DNA from: an uncultured Deferribacteres bacterium
Lineage (GTDB): Bacteria; Zhuqueibacterota; Zhuqueibacteria; Zhuqueibacterales; Geothermadaptataceae
Direction: 5' to 3'
Assembly (NCBI GenBank): GCA_964014485.1
Contig: CAXHAT010000018.1
Location: 1 to 58,246, forward strand
DNA length: 58,246 nucleotides
The notes beneath the pieces are model-generated. The model was not told the DNA's origin and searched no databases. It saw only the letters and a program-made list of their open reading frames with translations. The position numbers and the translations under genes are program-made. Shown one piece after another: positions 26,909 to 37,174 of this stretch (within the stretch, counting starts at the first letter, position 1; each line of letters begins with the position of its first letter).

Positions 26909-27877
26909 ATGATAATCAAACGTTTCGGCGTCGTCTTATTATTGGCTTTTTTCTCAGGTTGTGGAAATCAGGATCATGTCACAATCGAGAGCGGCTTTCA
27001 AGTGACCCATCGGCTCGCCCTCGGGCGCGCGCCGCACGGAATTCGCTTCAGTGAGACCGGAGAACGAGCTTTTGTTTGTTTGTCCGGGGACGGTCAGGTC
27101 GCCGAAATTGACCTTGAAATAATGCAGATCATTAAAAAACATCCTGCCGGCGTGACGCCGCTCGATTTGGTTTGGCTAAACGAAAACCAGGATTGGCTGG
27201 TCACACAATTTCAAAGAGACAGTCTGATTTTGCTGCAAGAAGCGGAGACCTTTAAGCGCGCCGGGCGAGGCGCATCATTGTTCGATCCGCGCATCGTCGA
27301 CGGCGTCGGTTGGGTGACTTGCGAATTCGCCGACACGCTGATCGGCTTTGATACAAAATCGAATGAAATTGTTGCACGGTATGCAACCGGCCAACGTCCC
27401 TACCCTGCCGATGTGACAAGGGACGGGAAGACAGCGTTCGTGCCGAACAGAACAGACGCAACCGTTTCCGTCATTGATCTCGAATCCGGGAATACAGTAA
27501 AAACCGTCAAAATAGGCGCTGATCCTGAGGGCGGCGCTCTGACGCAGGACGACGCATTTTACCTCGCGGCGTGCGGCGGAACCGACGAAGTGATGTTTAT
27601 CGACACAAAATCATTGGAAGTTGTTGCGAAGGTCTCAGAGCGTATTGGACCGCGTCCTTTTTCCGTGCTTGTTTCAAAAAATAATCGCTACGGACTGGTG
27701 AATAATGCCGGGGGAAATACTGTTTCAATCATCGATATTGCACTGCGCCGGGTCATCGAAGTTGTCGAGGTTGGGGAGCAGCCAATTGTTATGCGGGCGC
27801 ATCCGGACGGCAAGCGCATCTTTATTTCTAACGAAAAAAGCGATGACCTGGCTATTTTAGAAATACCCGGCTCCTAA
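26909..27877 (+). CDS. YVTN/YncE-type beta-propeller lipoprotein
   Basis: Lipobox FFSGC; repeats G..P....T.DGK.AFV.N....TVSVID. Confidence 0.85.
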   Translation: MIIKRFGVVLLLAFFSGCGNQDHVTIESGFQVTHRLALGRAPHGIRFSETGERAFVCLSGDGQVAEIDLEIMQIIKKHPAGVTPLDLVWLNENQDWLVTQFQRDSLILLQEAETFKRAGRGASLFDPRIVDGVGWVTCEFADTLIGFDTKSNEIVARYATGQRPYPADVTRDGKTAFVPNRTDATVSVIDLESGNTVKTVKIGADPEGGALTQDDAFYLAACGGTDEVMFIDTKSLEVVAKVSERIGPRPFSVLVSKNNRYGLVNNAGGNTVSIIDIALRRVIEVVEVGEQPIVMRAHPDGKRIFISNEKSDDLAILEIPGS

Positions 27878-27889
27878 AGGAGATTTGTC

Positions 27890-29695
27890 ATGGAAGATTC
27901 TCAATTCAGCGACGAGAAAAAAAGTTTTTGCGGGCAATGTGTCAATCAATTGAAAAGTTCAGTCGCAACATTCCTTGTACTTGGCTTTACGCTGCACGCC
28001 GCCCCTGCGTTTGCGTCATTGCTAAACGACTCTCTCCAAACTGAAGCGCAATACTTGCAAGCATTGACCAAAGCCGATGAAGCCGAATTTCGTAAGAACT
28101 TCGAGACTTACTTTCTTCTCATTCTTTCAAAAAAACAGAAAAAAGCCTACGCTAGTTATAGCTCGCTTGAAGATCGTAAGGTCTACATTGAAGCATATTG
28201 GAACGCCGCCAACCCCAACCCGCTTTTTCCGGAAAACGACTGGATTTTAGAGTTCAATCGAAGGGTTGAACACGCTAAAACAAACTTTCCCGCGCCGCGC
28301 TCTCCATTTGTTGATGCTCGCGGCAGGTATTACATCAAGTACGGCAAGCCGAGGAGGCGATTCGAAGATCCGGGCGGCCATGTATCGGCGAATTTTTTCA
28401 ACAAACCCAATATTCAAAAATGGTTTCAAACGCAAAACGTGACCTATTCGCTGGCGCCGAACGAAACCTGGTCGTACGAAAACGTTGCTGACAACCTGAT
28501 CGTTCATTTTGTGCGGGAAGGCAACGTTTTTCGCGAAGTGAGCGGGCTTGTTGACATGATCGAATCGGGCTTTCGGAACAATCAAGCGGTTGTGCAGGGC
28601 ATGCGTCGCGAACCTAACTGGCAATATTGGCTGTGGGCTGACATGATCAAGCGTCGCACGGGCATCTCGCCGATCATCAATTTCTACCGCGGAAAAATTG
28701 ACCTGCTCGAGACTACATTGATTCAAGCGGCGGGATCTTCAAATCCCCAAATGTATTTGTTGACAAACGCGGAAGAAGTTGCCGTTCCGCAATCCGTGTT
28801 GCATAGACGGGCGATGGAGCTCGACATGACCGTCGACATGATCAAGAAACGTGCACCGTCGGCGGCGCACGATCCCGTACAAGGCGAAAGCAAAATAGAA
28901 TTTGACCATCGCGTTTCTCAGTTTCGCGGGCCGAACGGCAAAACGCGCATCGACATTACATTGTTAAGCAAGCTTAAAAAGAATTTGCTGAAGAAGGGCA
29001 AAAACAAGGTCGGCGACGCACTTGATCTCAAATTTAGCGGTATGCTGCGAGACGCAAATTTCCAATCGATCATCAAAAACGAAACGGCTTTTCTACTCGA
29101 ACGCCAACAAGCAAAGCGTGCGAATTTGGAGAGCGCCGCAGGATCGCTTGCATTGCTTGCGGCGCCACAGACGGTGGAAATGACTTTGCAAGTTGAAGAA
29201 GTTGTCAGCCAGAAGCTGGGGTTTTCGAGGCACATGGTTGATATTCGGGACTTTTCAGGTGAGGGCTTACAAATCAGCGATGTGAGTTTTCTGCTTGAAG
29301 CCAAGAATGAAAGGCTTAGACAGGCGCTCCCCGTCACGCAATTCGAAGGTTTAACGACGAGTCCGTACCCATGGGTAAAAATCAAGAAATCCCGCCCCCC
29401 GCTCTTTTATTTTGAGATTTATAATCTTAAAGACGCCGGGATGGCGGAAGATGTCGAAATTTCGTACAGGATCAGCTCATTCTCCGGCAGCGTTCCTGCT
29501 GAAGGAAGCGGAAAAAGAAAAAGTTCGGTGAGTTCGACTTACACACGCACGGTCGGCGGAAACGTCATGCAGGAATTGATCGAAATCAACCTGGCCAATG
29601 TTTCCAAAGGGCGGCGCTTGCTTGAGATCACCGTTTCCCATCCCGGTGACCGCTCCATCAGCGCAACCGTGAACCGATTAATTGAAATTGATTGA
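27890..29695 (+). CDS. GWxTD domain-containing protein (divergent motif)
   Basis: YIEAYW...PNP...EN...EFNRRVEHAKTNF...VDARGRYYIKYGKP...ETWSY; AAGGAG RBS. Confidence 0.8.
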   Translation: MEDSQFSDEKKSFCGQCVNQLKSSVATFLVLGFTLHAAPAFASLLNDSLQTEAQYLQALTKADEAEFRKNFETYFLLILSKKQKKAYASYSSLEDRKVYIEAYWNAANPNPLFPENDWILEFNRRVEHAKTNFPAPRSPFVDARGRYYIKYGKPRRRFEDPGGHVSANFFNKPNIQKWFQTQNVTYSLAPNETWSYENVADNLIVHFVREGNVFREVSGLVDMIESGFRNNQAVVQGMRREPNWQYWLWADMIKRRTGISPIINFYRGKIDLLETTLIQAAGSSNPQMYLLTNAEEVAVPQSVLHRRAMELDMTVDMIKKRAPSAAHDPVQGESKIEFDHRVSQFRGPNGKTRIDITLLSKLKKNLLKKGKNKVGDALDLKFSGMLRDANFQSIIKNETAFLLERQQAKRANLESAAGSLALLAAPQTVEMTLQVEEVVSQKLGFSRHMVDIRDFSGEGLQISDVSFLLEAKNERLRQALPVTQFEGLTTSPYPWVKIKKSRPPLFYFEIYNLKDAGMAEDVEISYRISSFSGSVPAEGSGKRKSSVSSTYTRTVGGNVMQELIEINLANVSKGRRLLEITVSHPGDRSISATVNRLIEID

Positions 29696-29726
29696 GCTTT
29701 TGAGAAACTCATGTCGTCAGTATTTC

Positions 29727-30347
29727 TCAACGAACCGGCTCGTCATCCAAATATAGGCGAGATGAGACAATAATTTCTTCGACAGGCTGAGGCACAAGGT
29801 ATTTGATGGATTTTCCCGCCTGCACCGAGGCGCGAATGTGAGATGAAGAGATTTCAATTCTTGGAGCGTTCAGGATAACTGCGGGGGCAATTTCTTCAAA
29901 ATGTCGCTTTTTAATTTCATGCTCGACTCTTGGGTAAACCGCTAATTGACACAATCTGAGAATTTCATCCGGCGCGCGCCAACTCCTGAAAGTCAAGAAA
30001 TTATCGGCGCCGATAATCAGAAACAGCTTTGATCCGGCATATTCTTCAGACTGTTGAATCCATTTGATCGTGTCGATGGAATAGCTAACGCCTTGCCGGT
30101 CAATTTCTAAATGCGAAGCTTCAAAACACGCATTGTTTGCTATGGCCTCGTTGACCATTTCCAAACGTTGCTTGGCGTTTGCGAGTCGTCTTCCAGGTTT
30201 ATGGGGCGGTTGAGCGGCGGGGATAAAAAGGACTTTTTTGAGGTTTAAGTCAGAAATTGCCGTTTGGGCTACGATCAAATGTCCGATGTGCGGCGGATCG
30301 AAACTTCCCCCGAAAATTCCAATGCGATTTTCTGTAGTATGCGTCAA
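29727..30347 (-). CDS. nadD: nicotinate-nucleotide adenylyltransferase
   Basis: IGIFGGSFDPPHIGH, PPHK, IIGADN, ISSSHIR; start inferred at TTG 30347 just after the bamD stop. Confidence 0.93.
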   Translation of the reverse strand: MTHTTENRIGIFGGSFDPPHIGHLIVAQTAISDLNLKKVLFIPAAQPPHKPGRRLANAKQRLEMVNEAIANNACFEASHLEIDRQGVSYSIDTIKWIQQSEEYAGSKLFLIIGADNFLTFRSWRAPDEILRLCQLAVYPRVEHEIKKRHFEEIAPAVILNAPRIEISSSHIRASVQAGKSIKYLVPQPVEEIIVSSRLYLDDEPVR

Positions 30348-30357
30348 GGCAGCCGCA

Positions 30358-31167
30358 TCAGTTTTTAATGCCGTTGGCCGTTGTTTCCAGCTGCGCTTTT
30401 TTAGCCGCATTCTCAATTTGATTGGCCAGAGATTTTGCGCGGCCCAAGTAGCTCGTTTCCGGAAACTGCGCTAAGAAATATCTGATTGTTCCACGCGCTT
30501 CATCATATTCTTCCAATTTCAGAAGACAATAGGCCCGCCAATAATAAGCGTCCTCAGCAAATCTTGTAAATTTGAAGTATTTCACCACGTCGTCATAAGA
30601 ATTGATTGCAGCCCGCCAATATCCGGCTCTGCGGTAATGCTCTCCTGTATCAAATTCTTTCTTGGCAAGCTTGGTGTTTGCATCCAAGAGCTTCTGCGTT
30701 GCGTCATCCACGAGTTCGCTTTCTGGATACTCGTCCAGAAACTGTTCGAACGCATCAATCGCTTTTGTCGTATACTCCTGATCGAGCGAAGCTCTTGGGG
30801 AGAGCTTGTAATACGCAAAGCCCATTTTGTACTGCGCATTATCCGTAAAATTGCTTCGCGGATAAACTCGTAGGAGCTTTTCATATTCGGCGGCTGCGGT
30901 GATGTACTCCTTCATATTGAAGAAGCTCTCAGCGAGGTAAAATTGCGCCGTATCAACAAAACTGCTGCCGGGGTTGTTTAGAACCAAAATTTTAAACTCG
31001 GTGCTCGCCCTGAGATTTTTCTTTTTTTCCAGAAGCTTCATCGCATGTTCAAGGCGATCTCGCGCAGGCATTGTGCGAACTTTCTGCGTTCCTCCACATG
31101 CAAACAGAAGGGCGTAAACGAGTAGAGCAATAAAAAACAAAACTTTATTCGATGAAAAGGCCATCAT
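30358..31167 (-). CDS. bamD: outer membrane protein assembly factor BamD
   Basis: Lipobox LFAC, TPR helices, YPRS...AQY, LDQEYT.KAI..F..F...YP.S. Confidence 0.85.
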   Translation of the reverse strand: MMAFSSNKVLFFIALLVYALLFACGGTQKVRTMPARDRLEHAMKLLEKKKNLRASTEFKILVLNNPGSSFVDTAQFYLAESFFNMKEYITAAAEYEKLLRVYPRSNFTDNAQYKMGFAYYKLSPRASLDQEYTTKAIDAFEQFLDEYPESELVDDATQKLLDANTKLAKKEFDTGEHYRRAGYWRAAINSYDDVVKYFKFTRFAEDAYYWRAYCLLKLEEYDEARGTIRYFLAQFPETSYLGRAKSLANQIENAAKKAQLETTANGIKN

Positions 31168-31173
31168 AAACTC

Positions 31174-31815
31174 TCATTGACTGCGTAAGCGAAAAAGTAA
31201 AAAAGCCGTCGTCGTTGTGGCGGCGGCAATGAACAGCGTCCCCAAGATATCTCGTTTGCTTCGACTGAAAAACTTGACCGTTTGTGCAAAATCAGGCTGA
31301 TTGTGCTCTGCGCGAGCCAAAGCTTTTCCCTCCGGCAAAACGCGCTCGGCGCGAATCGAATCCACGCCTGTTTTAACGATCCCGCCATTTTTATCAGATA
31401 GCAAGTAGCGGATGTCGACGGCGAGTTCCTGAACGACTTTTCCAGAATTTTTACTTGCCGTAAAATCCCATTTTTCAAAAATCAAATCGACGTTCAAAGC
31501 GTTTTTCGTGTATGTTGCCGAATCGGCGTCAGACGTTTTAAGCAAAATCTGGCGTTTGTTATCCAGAGCCGCCTTCACAAAAACATCTCTGGCAAAAATT
31601 GGCGCATCTTGATACTCAGAGCTCAACCTTGATTGACAACTCAGCACCAGTAAGGCGCTCCCGCGCTGCAGTGCATCAAGAGCCAAAATACGTTGAGAAC
31701 TTTTTTCCAACGCATCCCTGATGAACTCCAAATTGCTGTAGCTTTGAGTATAAGCGGTGTTGGAAATGAACAGGCTGACTATGAACAAAAAAACTTTAAA
31801 ACCTGAGTTGTACAT
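31174..31815 (-). CDS. hypothetical exported/membrane protein
   Basis: Signal peptide and hydrophobic C-terminus ending LLFRLRSQ; operonic with bamD. Confidence 0.65.
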   Translation of the reverse strand: MYNSGFKVFLFIVSLFISNTAYTQSYSNLEFIRDALEKSSQRILALDALQRGSALLVLSCQSRLSSEYQDAPIFARDVFVKAALDNKRQILLKTSDADSATYTKNALNVDLIFEKWDFTASKNSGKVVQELAVDIRYLLSDKNGGIVKTGVDSIRAERVLPEGKALARAEHNQPDFAQTVKFFSRSKRDILGTLFIAAATTTTAFLLFRLRSQ

Positions 31816-32833
31816 GAAAACCGTGAATATAAAAAGTCTTGCCCGTCAATTCCTTTCGAAGGACTGCATAATTTAGAAAAAAGTTTTCATGCACGAATTT
31901 ATTCCCTGGATTCCAAAAACGGTTCAGGTTCAACAAGCCCACGCCGGCGGAATAGGAAATTGCGTTTTCTTCAGGTTGATATCGAATGCCGCCACGCAAA
32001 GCGACTTGAGAGAAAAAAAGCTTTTCAACGCCTGCGTGTACAGTTTCACGTAAAGAATCCTGGCTTACGGCGATATTCTGCAATCCGAATAAGAACCTGA
32101 GATGCTTTCTCGCAAACCAGGCGGCGCCGATATTGAGAGATTCATTTCCCAAGCCTTCGAGTTGCATCCGATATTCAGGCGTCTCCTCTGGTGCAATGAA
32201 CAAGCTGACGCCAACATTTAGAGAATTCGCAGGCTTTAGCAATACGCCGTAACTGGCGCCGATTCCAGATTTTCGTACTCCTGATTCATCTGACGAATAA
32301 TTGACATGCAAGCTCGCGCCAATTGAGACTTCTTGTGCAAGCCGGAACCGGACAGCAAATGTGTTGAAATGACTTTTATAGACCGAATCGAGATGAAGCT
32401 TATCAGTCTCATTGAAAAACATCGAATCGATAAAAGCCGGTTCAAACAGCGAGACGGCAAAGTCAAAGCCTCGCAAAGTTATGTTAACGCCTTTGAAAAG
32501 CGCCAGAAACTCAGTAAAATGCTCTCTAAAACCGCTGACCGACTTCTCGAAGAATCGCATCGGCCGTTTTGCGATAATCATTGGGGCCAAAGGCGATAAA
32601 AAGAACGTGACGCGAAAATCTTTATTTTCGCGATATAAACTGTACGCCGCAGGGTTTGTTTGCAGCGCGCCTAAATCATCCTGCAGGCCATTTGCGGCGC
32701 CGCCCAGACTCAATGCACGCAATCGCGCTGAGTTGAGTGGAAGATAAACTTGTTCTTGCGCTATAGCTTCCGAAGTTATAAAAATTCCTGCAAACCCAAT
32801 CCATGCCAGAGCCAGCTTCGCCTTCTTATTCAT
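31796..32833 (-). CDS. putative outer-membrane beta-barrel (PorV/FadL-like)
   Basis: RALSLGGA...DDLGALQTNPA resembles the PorV/FadL N-terminal motif; amphipathic strands, terminal Phe; start inferred at MNKK. Confidence 0.65.
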   Translation of the reverse strand: MNKKAKLALAWIGFAGIFITSEAIAQEQVYLPLNSARLRALSLGGAANGLQDDLGALQTNPAAYSLYRENKDFRVTFFLSPLAPMIIAKRPMRFFEKSVSGFREHFTEFLALFKGVNITLRGFDFAVSLFEPAFIDSMFFNETDKLHLDSVYKSHFNTFAVRFRLAQEVSIGASLHVNYSSDESGVRKSGIGASYGVLLKPANSLNVGVSLFIAPEETPEYRMQLEGLGNESLNIGAAWFARKHLRFLFGLQNIAVSQDSLRETVHAGVEKLFFSQVALRGGIRYQPEENAISYSAGVGLLNLNRFWNPGNKFVHENFFLNYAVLRKELTGKTFYIHGFHVQLRF

Positions 32834-33055
32834 GAGTTTTCCAAGTTCGTTACACAGACGCAATCCTTAACTCCGTCCGAACGCAAACGTTCCAATCTTC
32901 TGATTATCATGAAGCGTTTGGAAACGGTCGAAGCGTTTGTTGATAGAACCAGGATGGGTCTCCACAGCGCATTGCTAATGGAACGCGGAATATACATAGG
33001 GAAAAATCTAAATAAAAGGAAAAGTGTTTTATCTTGTCGAGGATGAAGGGGAGAA

Positions 33056-34081
33056 TTAGGTAAGTTCCACCTCGCGGCCGGTTCTTGCTGACAGATACAT
33101 TGCTTCGAGAATTTTCAAGCGCTCACAAACTTCAGCGCCGCCGGCTTGAAGAGGCATATTTTTTCCGATGCAATCAGCAAAATGCTTGAGCTCATTTTTG
33201 TATGAGCGTTTGTACCTGACAGTGTCATTTTCTTCTTTTGTTGGCACGATGTTAATCAAATTTCCATGCATGTTTTTGTAGACTCGCAATGGATTTATAT
33301 GAGCCGTGCCTTCCGTTCCGTAGAGTCGCGTGTAAAGACTGTTGCGCTCCGCAAGTATCGCCCAACTCACTTCTAATGTAAGTGATGAACCGTTTGCAAA
33401 ATGGATCAATGACGTCGCCGTGTCTTCAACGTCCGCCGCACTGACCAGATTTGATGTTACTGTTTTGACTGCTACGGGTTTAATGTTTCCTAACAACCAC
33501 CACGAAACGTCCAGCATTTGGCTTCCCAAATCCATAATAACCCCGCCGCCGGAACGCTTTTTGTCAAAAATCCAATCCTTGCCGACGCGAGAAAGGTTCT
33601 TTTTCAGAAACCACCCGCTCTGAGCATAAAATATATCGCCAAGATCGCCGCCGTCAACAAAAGCCTTCAAGGTGATGGCGTCTCGCCGAAACCGAACGTT
33701 ATTCGCGACCATCAGGCCTTTGCCGTATTTCTCAGCCGCATCAACCATCGCTTTGGCGTCGGCGTAACTTGTGGCCATCGGTTTCTCAACAAGAACGTGT
33801 TTGCCGGCGGATAATGCTTCAATCGTCAAATCTTTGTGCGTGTCGGTTTCAGTGCAGATGTCAATCGCATCAATCTCGGGCGATTTCAACATATCTTCGA
33901 ATGAACTGAAATACTGTGGTACGTCGTATTTTTCGGCAACCCACTGCGCTTTTGGCGCTACTTTGTCGCAGAGTGCTACCAAGTTCGCCCCAAGAACTTT
34001 TTTCCAGAGAGGGATGTGGACAATTTGCGCTATTCGTCCGGCCCCAATCAGACCGATGCGCACTTTTTCATTTGAACCCAT
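33056..34081 (-). CDS. Gfo/Idh/MocA family oxidoreductase
   Basis: IGLIGAGRIA, AGKHVLVEKPMA, GGGVIMDLG. Confidence 0.93.
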   Translation of the reverse strand: MGSNEKVRIGLIGAGRIAQIVHIPLWKKVLGANLVALCDKVAPKAQWVAEKYDVPQYFSSFEDMLKSPEIDAIDICTETDTHKDLTIEALSAGKHVLVEKPMATSYADAKAMVDAAEKYGKGLMVANNVRFRRDAITLKAFVDGGDLGDIFYAQSGWFLKKNLSRVGKDWIFDKKRSGGGVIMDLGSQMLDVSWWLLGNIKPVAVKTVTSNLVSAADVEDTATSLIHFANGSSLTLEVSWAILAERNSLYTRLYGTEGTAHINPLRVYKNMHGNLINIVPTKEENDTVRYKRSYKNELKHFADCIGKNMPLQAGGAEVCERLKILEAMYLSARTGREVELT

Positions 34082-34082
34082 T

Positions 34083-34523
34083 TTATCTACAATCCAAGAA
34101 GCTTCTAAGTATAAATGCGGCTGCGAGTCGGTCTACCTCGCCTTTGGATTTTAGATTCTTTTTTCCTATGTCTTTCAAATGTCGTTCCGCTTGCAGAGAA
34201 GTCAGCCGTTCATCAAAAAACGTAATCGGCGTTTTAATTTTTGCGCGCAGTTGATCTGCAAATTTCTTTGTACGCTCTGTCATTTCACCAGCAATTCCGC
34301 TCATCAAGACCGGGTTCCCGAGAATAATCCCTTTGACTTCCTTCTCCTTACAAACCTCGGCAATTTCTCGAACTCCCTCCTTCAGCGTCTGTCGAATAAA
34401 AATGGTTTTGAACGCCTGAGCCGTGATTTGTAATTCATCAGTTAAAGCGAGGCCGATGCGGCTTTCTCCGAAATCTACAGCCAACAACCTGCCGTTTCGC
34501 GGAATGTCCTGATCTGTGAGCAT
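34083..34523 (-). CDS. ruvX: YqgF/RuvX family pre-16S rRNA maturation nuclease
   Basis: LAVDFGESRIGLALTD, DERLTS, VDRLAAAFIL. Confidence 0.93.
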   Translation of the reverse strand: MLTDQDIPRNGRLLAVDFGESRIGLALTDELQITAQAFKTIFIRQTLKEGVREIAEVCKEKEVKGIILGNPVLMSGIAGEMTERTKKFADQLRAKIKTPITFFDERLTSLQAERHLKDIGKKNLKSKGEVDRLAAAFILRSFLDCR

Positions 34524-34533
34524 GCGCCTATCG

Positions 34534-34869
34534 TTATGATTCTTGAGTCTGGTTGTTAGTCGTTTCGAGAGGCTGCTTCAAAACTTCTTTGAGGAGTTTT
34601 CCCGCCTTAAAATGCGTTTTCCTGCGCGCAGGCACATAAATAATCTCGCCGGTTTTGGGATTTCTGGCTTTGGGCTTCGGCTTTGTCGTCTTGACTTCAA
34701 ACACTCCAAAATCCCGAATCTCAATACGAATTTCAGGGTCGGCCTCTTCCATAAACTCCCGCAATGCGGTAAAAACGCCGTCGACAATCCGTTCAGTTAA
34801 GTAAATTTTCTCATTAACGACCCTAGCCGTTTTTTTCGCGACGTCTTTCTTGGTAATAGTTCTTTTCAT
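34534..34869 (-). CDS. HU/IHF family DNA-binding protein (IHF-beta-like)
   Basis: RIEIRDFGVFEV...ARNPKTGE...FKAGK. Confidence 0.9.
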   Translation of the reverse strand: MKRTITKKDVAKKTARVVNEKIYLTERIVDGVFTALREFMEEADPEIRIEIRDFGVFEVKTTKPKPKARNPKTGEIIYVPARRKTHFKAGKLLKEVLKQPLETTNNQTQES

Positions 34870-34987
34870 CGAGCAGACTCCCTTTCAAGTTGAGAATAAT
34901 TTCCCTTAAACTATTAATTTCATTTTATTTTGCAAGGTTTTATTTACTGATTTTTCAGGCCTGCCACAGCCCTTTAATTTTCAGCTT

Positions 34988-37153
34988 TTAAAAATTTGCT
35001 GTTCCATTCAGCCGCTCGACCCCAATTACGCCGTTCACTTTCCCGATATTGTGTATGACTTTATTTAAATGTTGAAGATTTCTCACTTCTATAATCAAAT
35101 TTGTCGTTACAAGCGTATCTTGCGTTTTCGTGTTCAAGCTGACAATATTTGTTCGGGTCAACGAGATTTTTTCTGTAATATCGCGCAAAAAATCCTTGCG
35201 GTCTTCGCCAATCAAATGTATGCGAACAATGAAGTGCTTGTCCTTTTCAACATCCCATTCCACATTGATGCATTTCTCCGGCGTTTCCAACAACTTCTCA
35301 ATATTCTTACAATTCGCTCGATGAACAATCACCCCTCTCCCTCGAGAGATAAAGCCCAAAATATTGTCGCCGGGAACAGGTTGGCAACATTTTGCAAAAT
35401 TGATCAGCAGGTTATCAAGCCCCTGCACGCGCACGCCGTTGGCTGCGCCCCTCGCTCGCGAAATGAACTTTTTAAGGAATGAATCATCTCCGGGAGTCTC
35501 TTCTTCTTGCGGCGAAATTTTCCGAAGAATGCTCTGAATAGAAATTTCTCCCCGGCCAATTTCCGCATAAAATTGTCCCAAATCATTGTGCCCAAACGTG
35601 TGAGCGATTTCTTTAAGCTCCTCGCCGGATTTTTTGATATGACGGCGCTTGAACTGCTTATGCAAAATTTCTTCGCCCAGCTTTTGGCTCTGCTCATAAA
35701 AGGAATCCCGCTGCCACTTCCTGATCCTGCTGCGCGCCTTTGACGTACAAATAAATGTCAGCCATTCCGGGTTTGGCTTTTGTGAAGCGGAAGTTATAAT
35801 TTCTACAGAATCTCCGCTTTGTAATTTGTAGTCTAAGGGGACGATTTTACCGTTCACTTTAGCGCCGATGCAATGCATCCCAACGTCTGTATGAACGGAA
35901 AAGGCAAAATCTACTGGTGTGCTTCCAAGCGGCAGCTTAAACAGATCTCCCTGCGGCGTGAAAACAAAAACCTCGTCCTGAAATAAATCGATTCGCAGGT
36001 TTTCCAAGAACTCATTTGGATCGTTGGTTTCTTGCTGCCACTCTAAAATCTGTCGCAGCCAGGCAAAATGCTTATCGATTTCTTCATCTCTCGCGCCGTC
36101 TTTTCCCTGTTTGTAACGCCAGTGCGCCGCAATCCCTTCTTCCGCCGTCCGATGCATCTCGTCCGTTCGAATCTGCACTTCAACCATTCTTCCGCGCGGC
36201 CCGACGACAGTCGTGTGGAGCGATTGGTACATGTTCGACTTCGGCGTTGCGACGTAATCTTTGAATCTCTCCTGAACCGGAGTGAATAAATTATGCACCA
36301 GGCCCAGAACGTAGTAACACTCCTCAACTTTTTTAACCAGAATCCGGATGCCGATGAGGTCATAAATCTCTTCAAAGGCTTTTGACCGGGTCTTGAGTTT
36401 TTGATAAATGCTGTAGAAATGTTTTGAGCGTCCCGTCATTCGTGCGCGGATACTGGCTTCCTTCAAAGCTTTGCTCAAAGGTTCGGTGAATTCCTGGATG
36501 TAACTTTCACGATCCTGCTTCTTTTCGTCAAGCTTTTTGACCAGTTCCTGGTAGGCCTCCGGCTCGAGAATCTTCATGCAAAGATCTTCCAACTCGGCTT
36601 TAACTTTGGCCATCCCTAAACGGTGGGCAAGCGGAGCATAGACTTCACGCGTTTCTGAAGCGATGCGCCTTTGTTTGCTTTCGGCAAGGTGCCCCAAGGT
36701 CGTCATGTTGTGCAGTCGATCAGCAAATTTGATCAAAATGACGCGAATGTCTTTGACCATGGAAAGTATCATTTTGCGAAAATTCTCAGCTTTTCGCATT
36801 TCGATGCTTTCGAACTTCAACTCGCTGATTTTTGTAACCCCGTCAACCAAAAGCGCAATTTCATCGCCGAACTCGTCGGCCACTTCGGCGAGTGTAACGC
36901 CTGTGTCTTCGACGACGTCATGCAGCAAACCGCCGACAACGGTGTTGTAGTCCATCTTGAATTCCGTCAGGAGCTTCGCGACCAAAAGCGGATGGCTATA
37001 GTACGGCTCTCCGGACTTCCGCAATTGATCCTTGTGCGATTCTTCCGCGAATACAAAGGCTTTTTTCAACAAAGGTTCATCGACATAGTAAGAATAGCGC
37101 TTGAGTCGCCGGACGATGAGTCGCTCTATTTTCCGAAAATCCGATTCATCCAT
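34988..37153 (-). CDS. rel: bifunctional (p)ppGpp synthetase/hydrolase Rel/SpoT
   Basis: HD domain (LLHDVVEDT), DRLHNM, YQSLHT, EVQIRT, TGS (TPVDFAF), CCQPVPGD, ACT. Confidence 0.96.
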   Translation of the reverse strand: MDESDFRKIERLIVRRLKRYSYYVDEPLLKKAFVFAEESHKDQLRKSGEPYYSHPLLVAKLLTEFKMDYNTVVGGLLHDVVEDTGVTLAEVADEFGDEIALLVDGVTKISELKFESIEMRKAENFRKMILSMVKDIRVILIKFADRLHNMTTLGHLAESKQRRIASETREVYAPLAHRLGMAKVKAELEDLCMKILEPEAYQELVKKLDEKKQDRESYIQEFTEPLSKALKEASIRARMTGRSKHFYSIYQKLKTRSKAFEEIYDLIGIRILVKKVEECYYVLGLVHNLFTPVQERFKDYVATPKSNMYQSLHTTVVGPRGRMVEVQIRTDEMHRTAEEGIAAHWRYKQGKDGARDEEIDKHFAWLRQILEWQQETNDPNEFLENLRIDLFQDEVFVFTPQGDLFKLPLGSTPVDFAFSVHTDVGMHCIGAKVNGKIVPLDYKLQSGDSVEIITSASQKPNPEWLTFICTSKARSRIRKWQRDSFYEQSQKLGEEILHKQFKRRHIKKSGEELKEIAHTFGHNDLGQFYAEIGRGEISIQSILRKISPQEEETPGDDSFLKKFISRARGAANGVRVQGLDNLLINFAKCCQPVPGDNILGFISRGRGVIVHRANCKNIEKLLETPEKCINVEWDVEKDKHFIVRIHLIGEDRKDFLRDITEKISLTRTNIVSLNTKTQDTLVTTNLIIEVRNLQHLNKVIHNIGKVNGVIGVERLNGTANF

Positions 37154-37174
37154 AATTCGAAGGAATTTGAGAGG

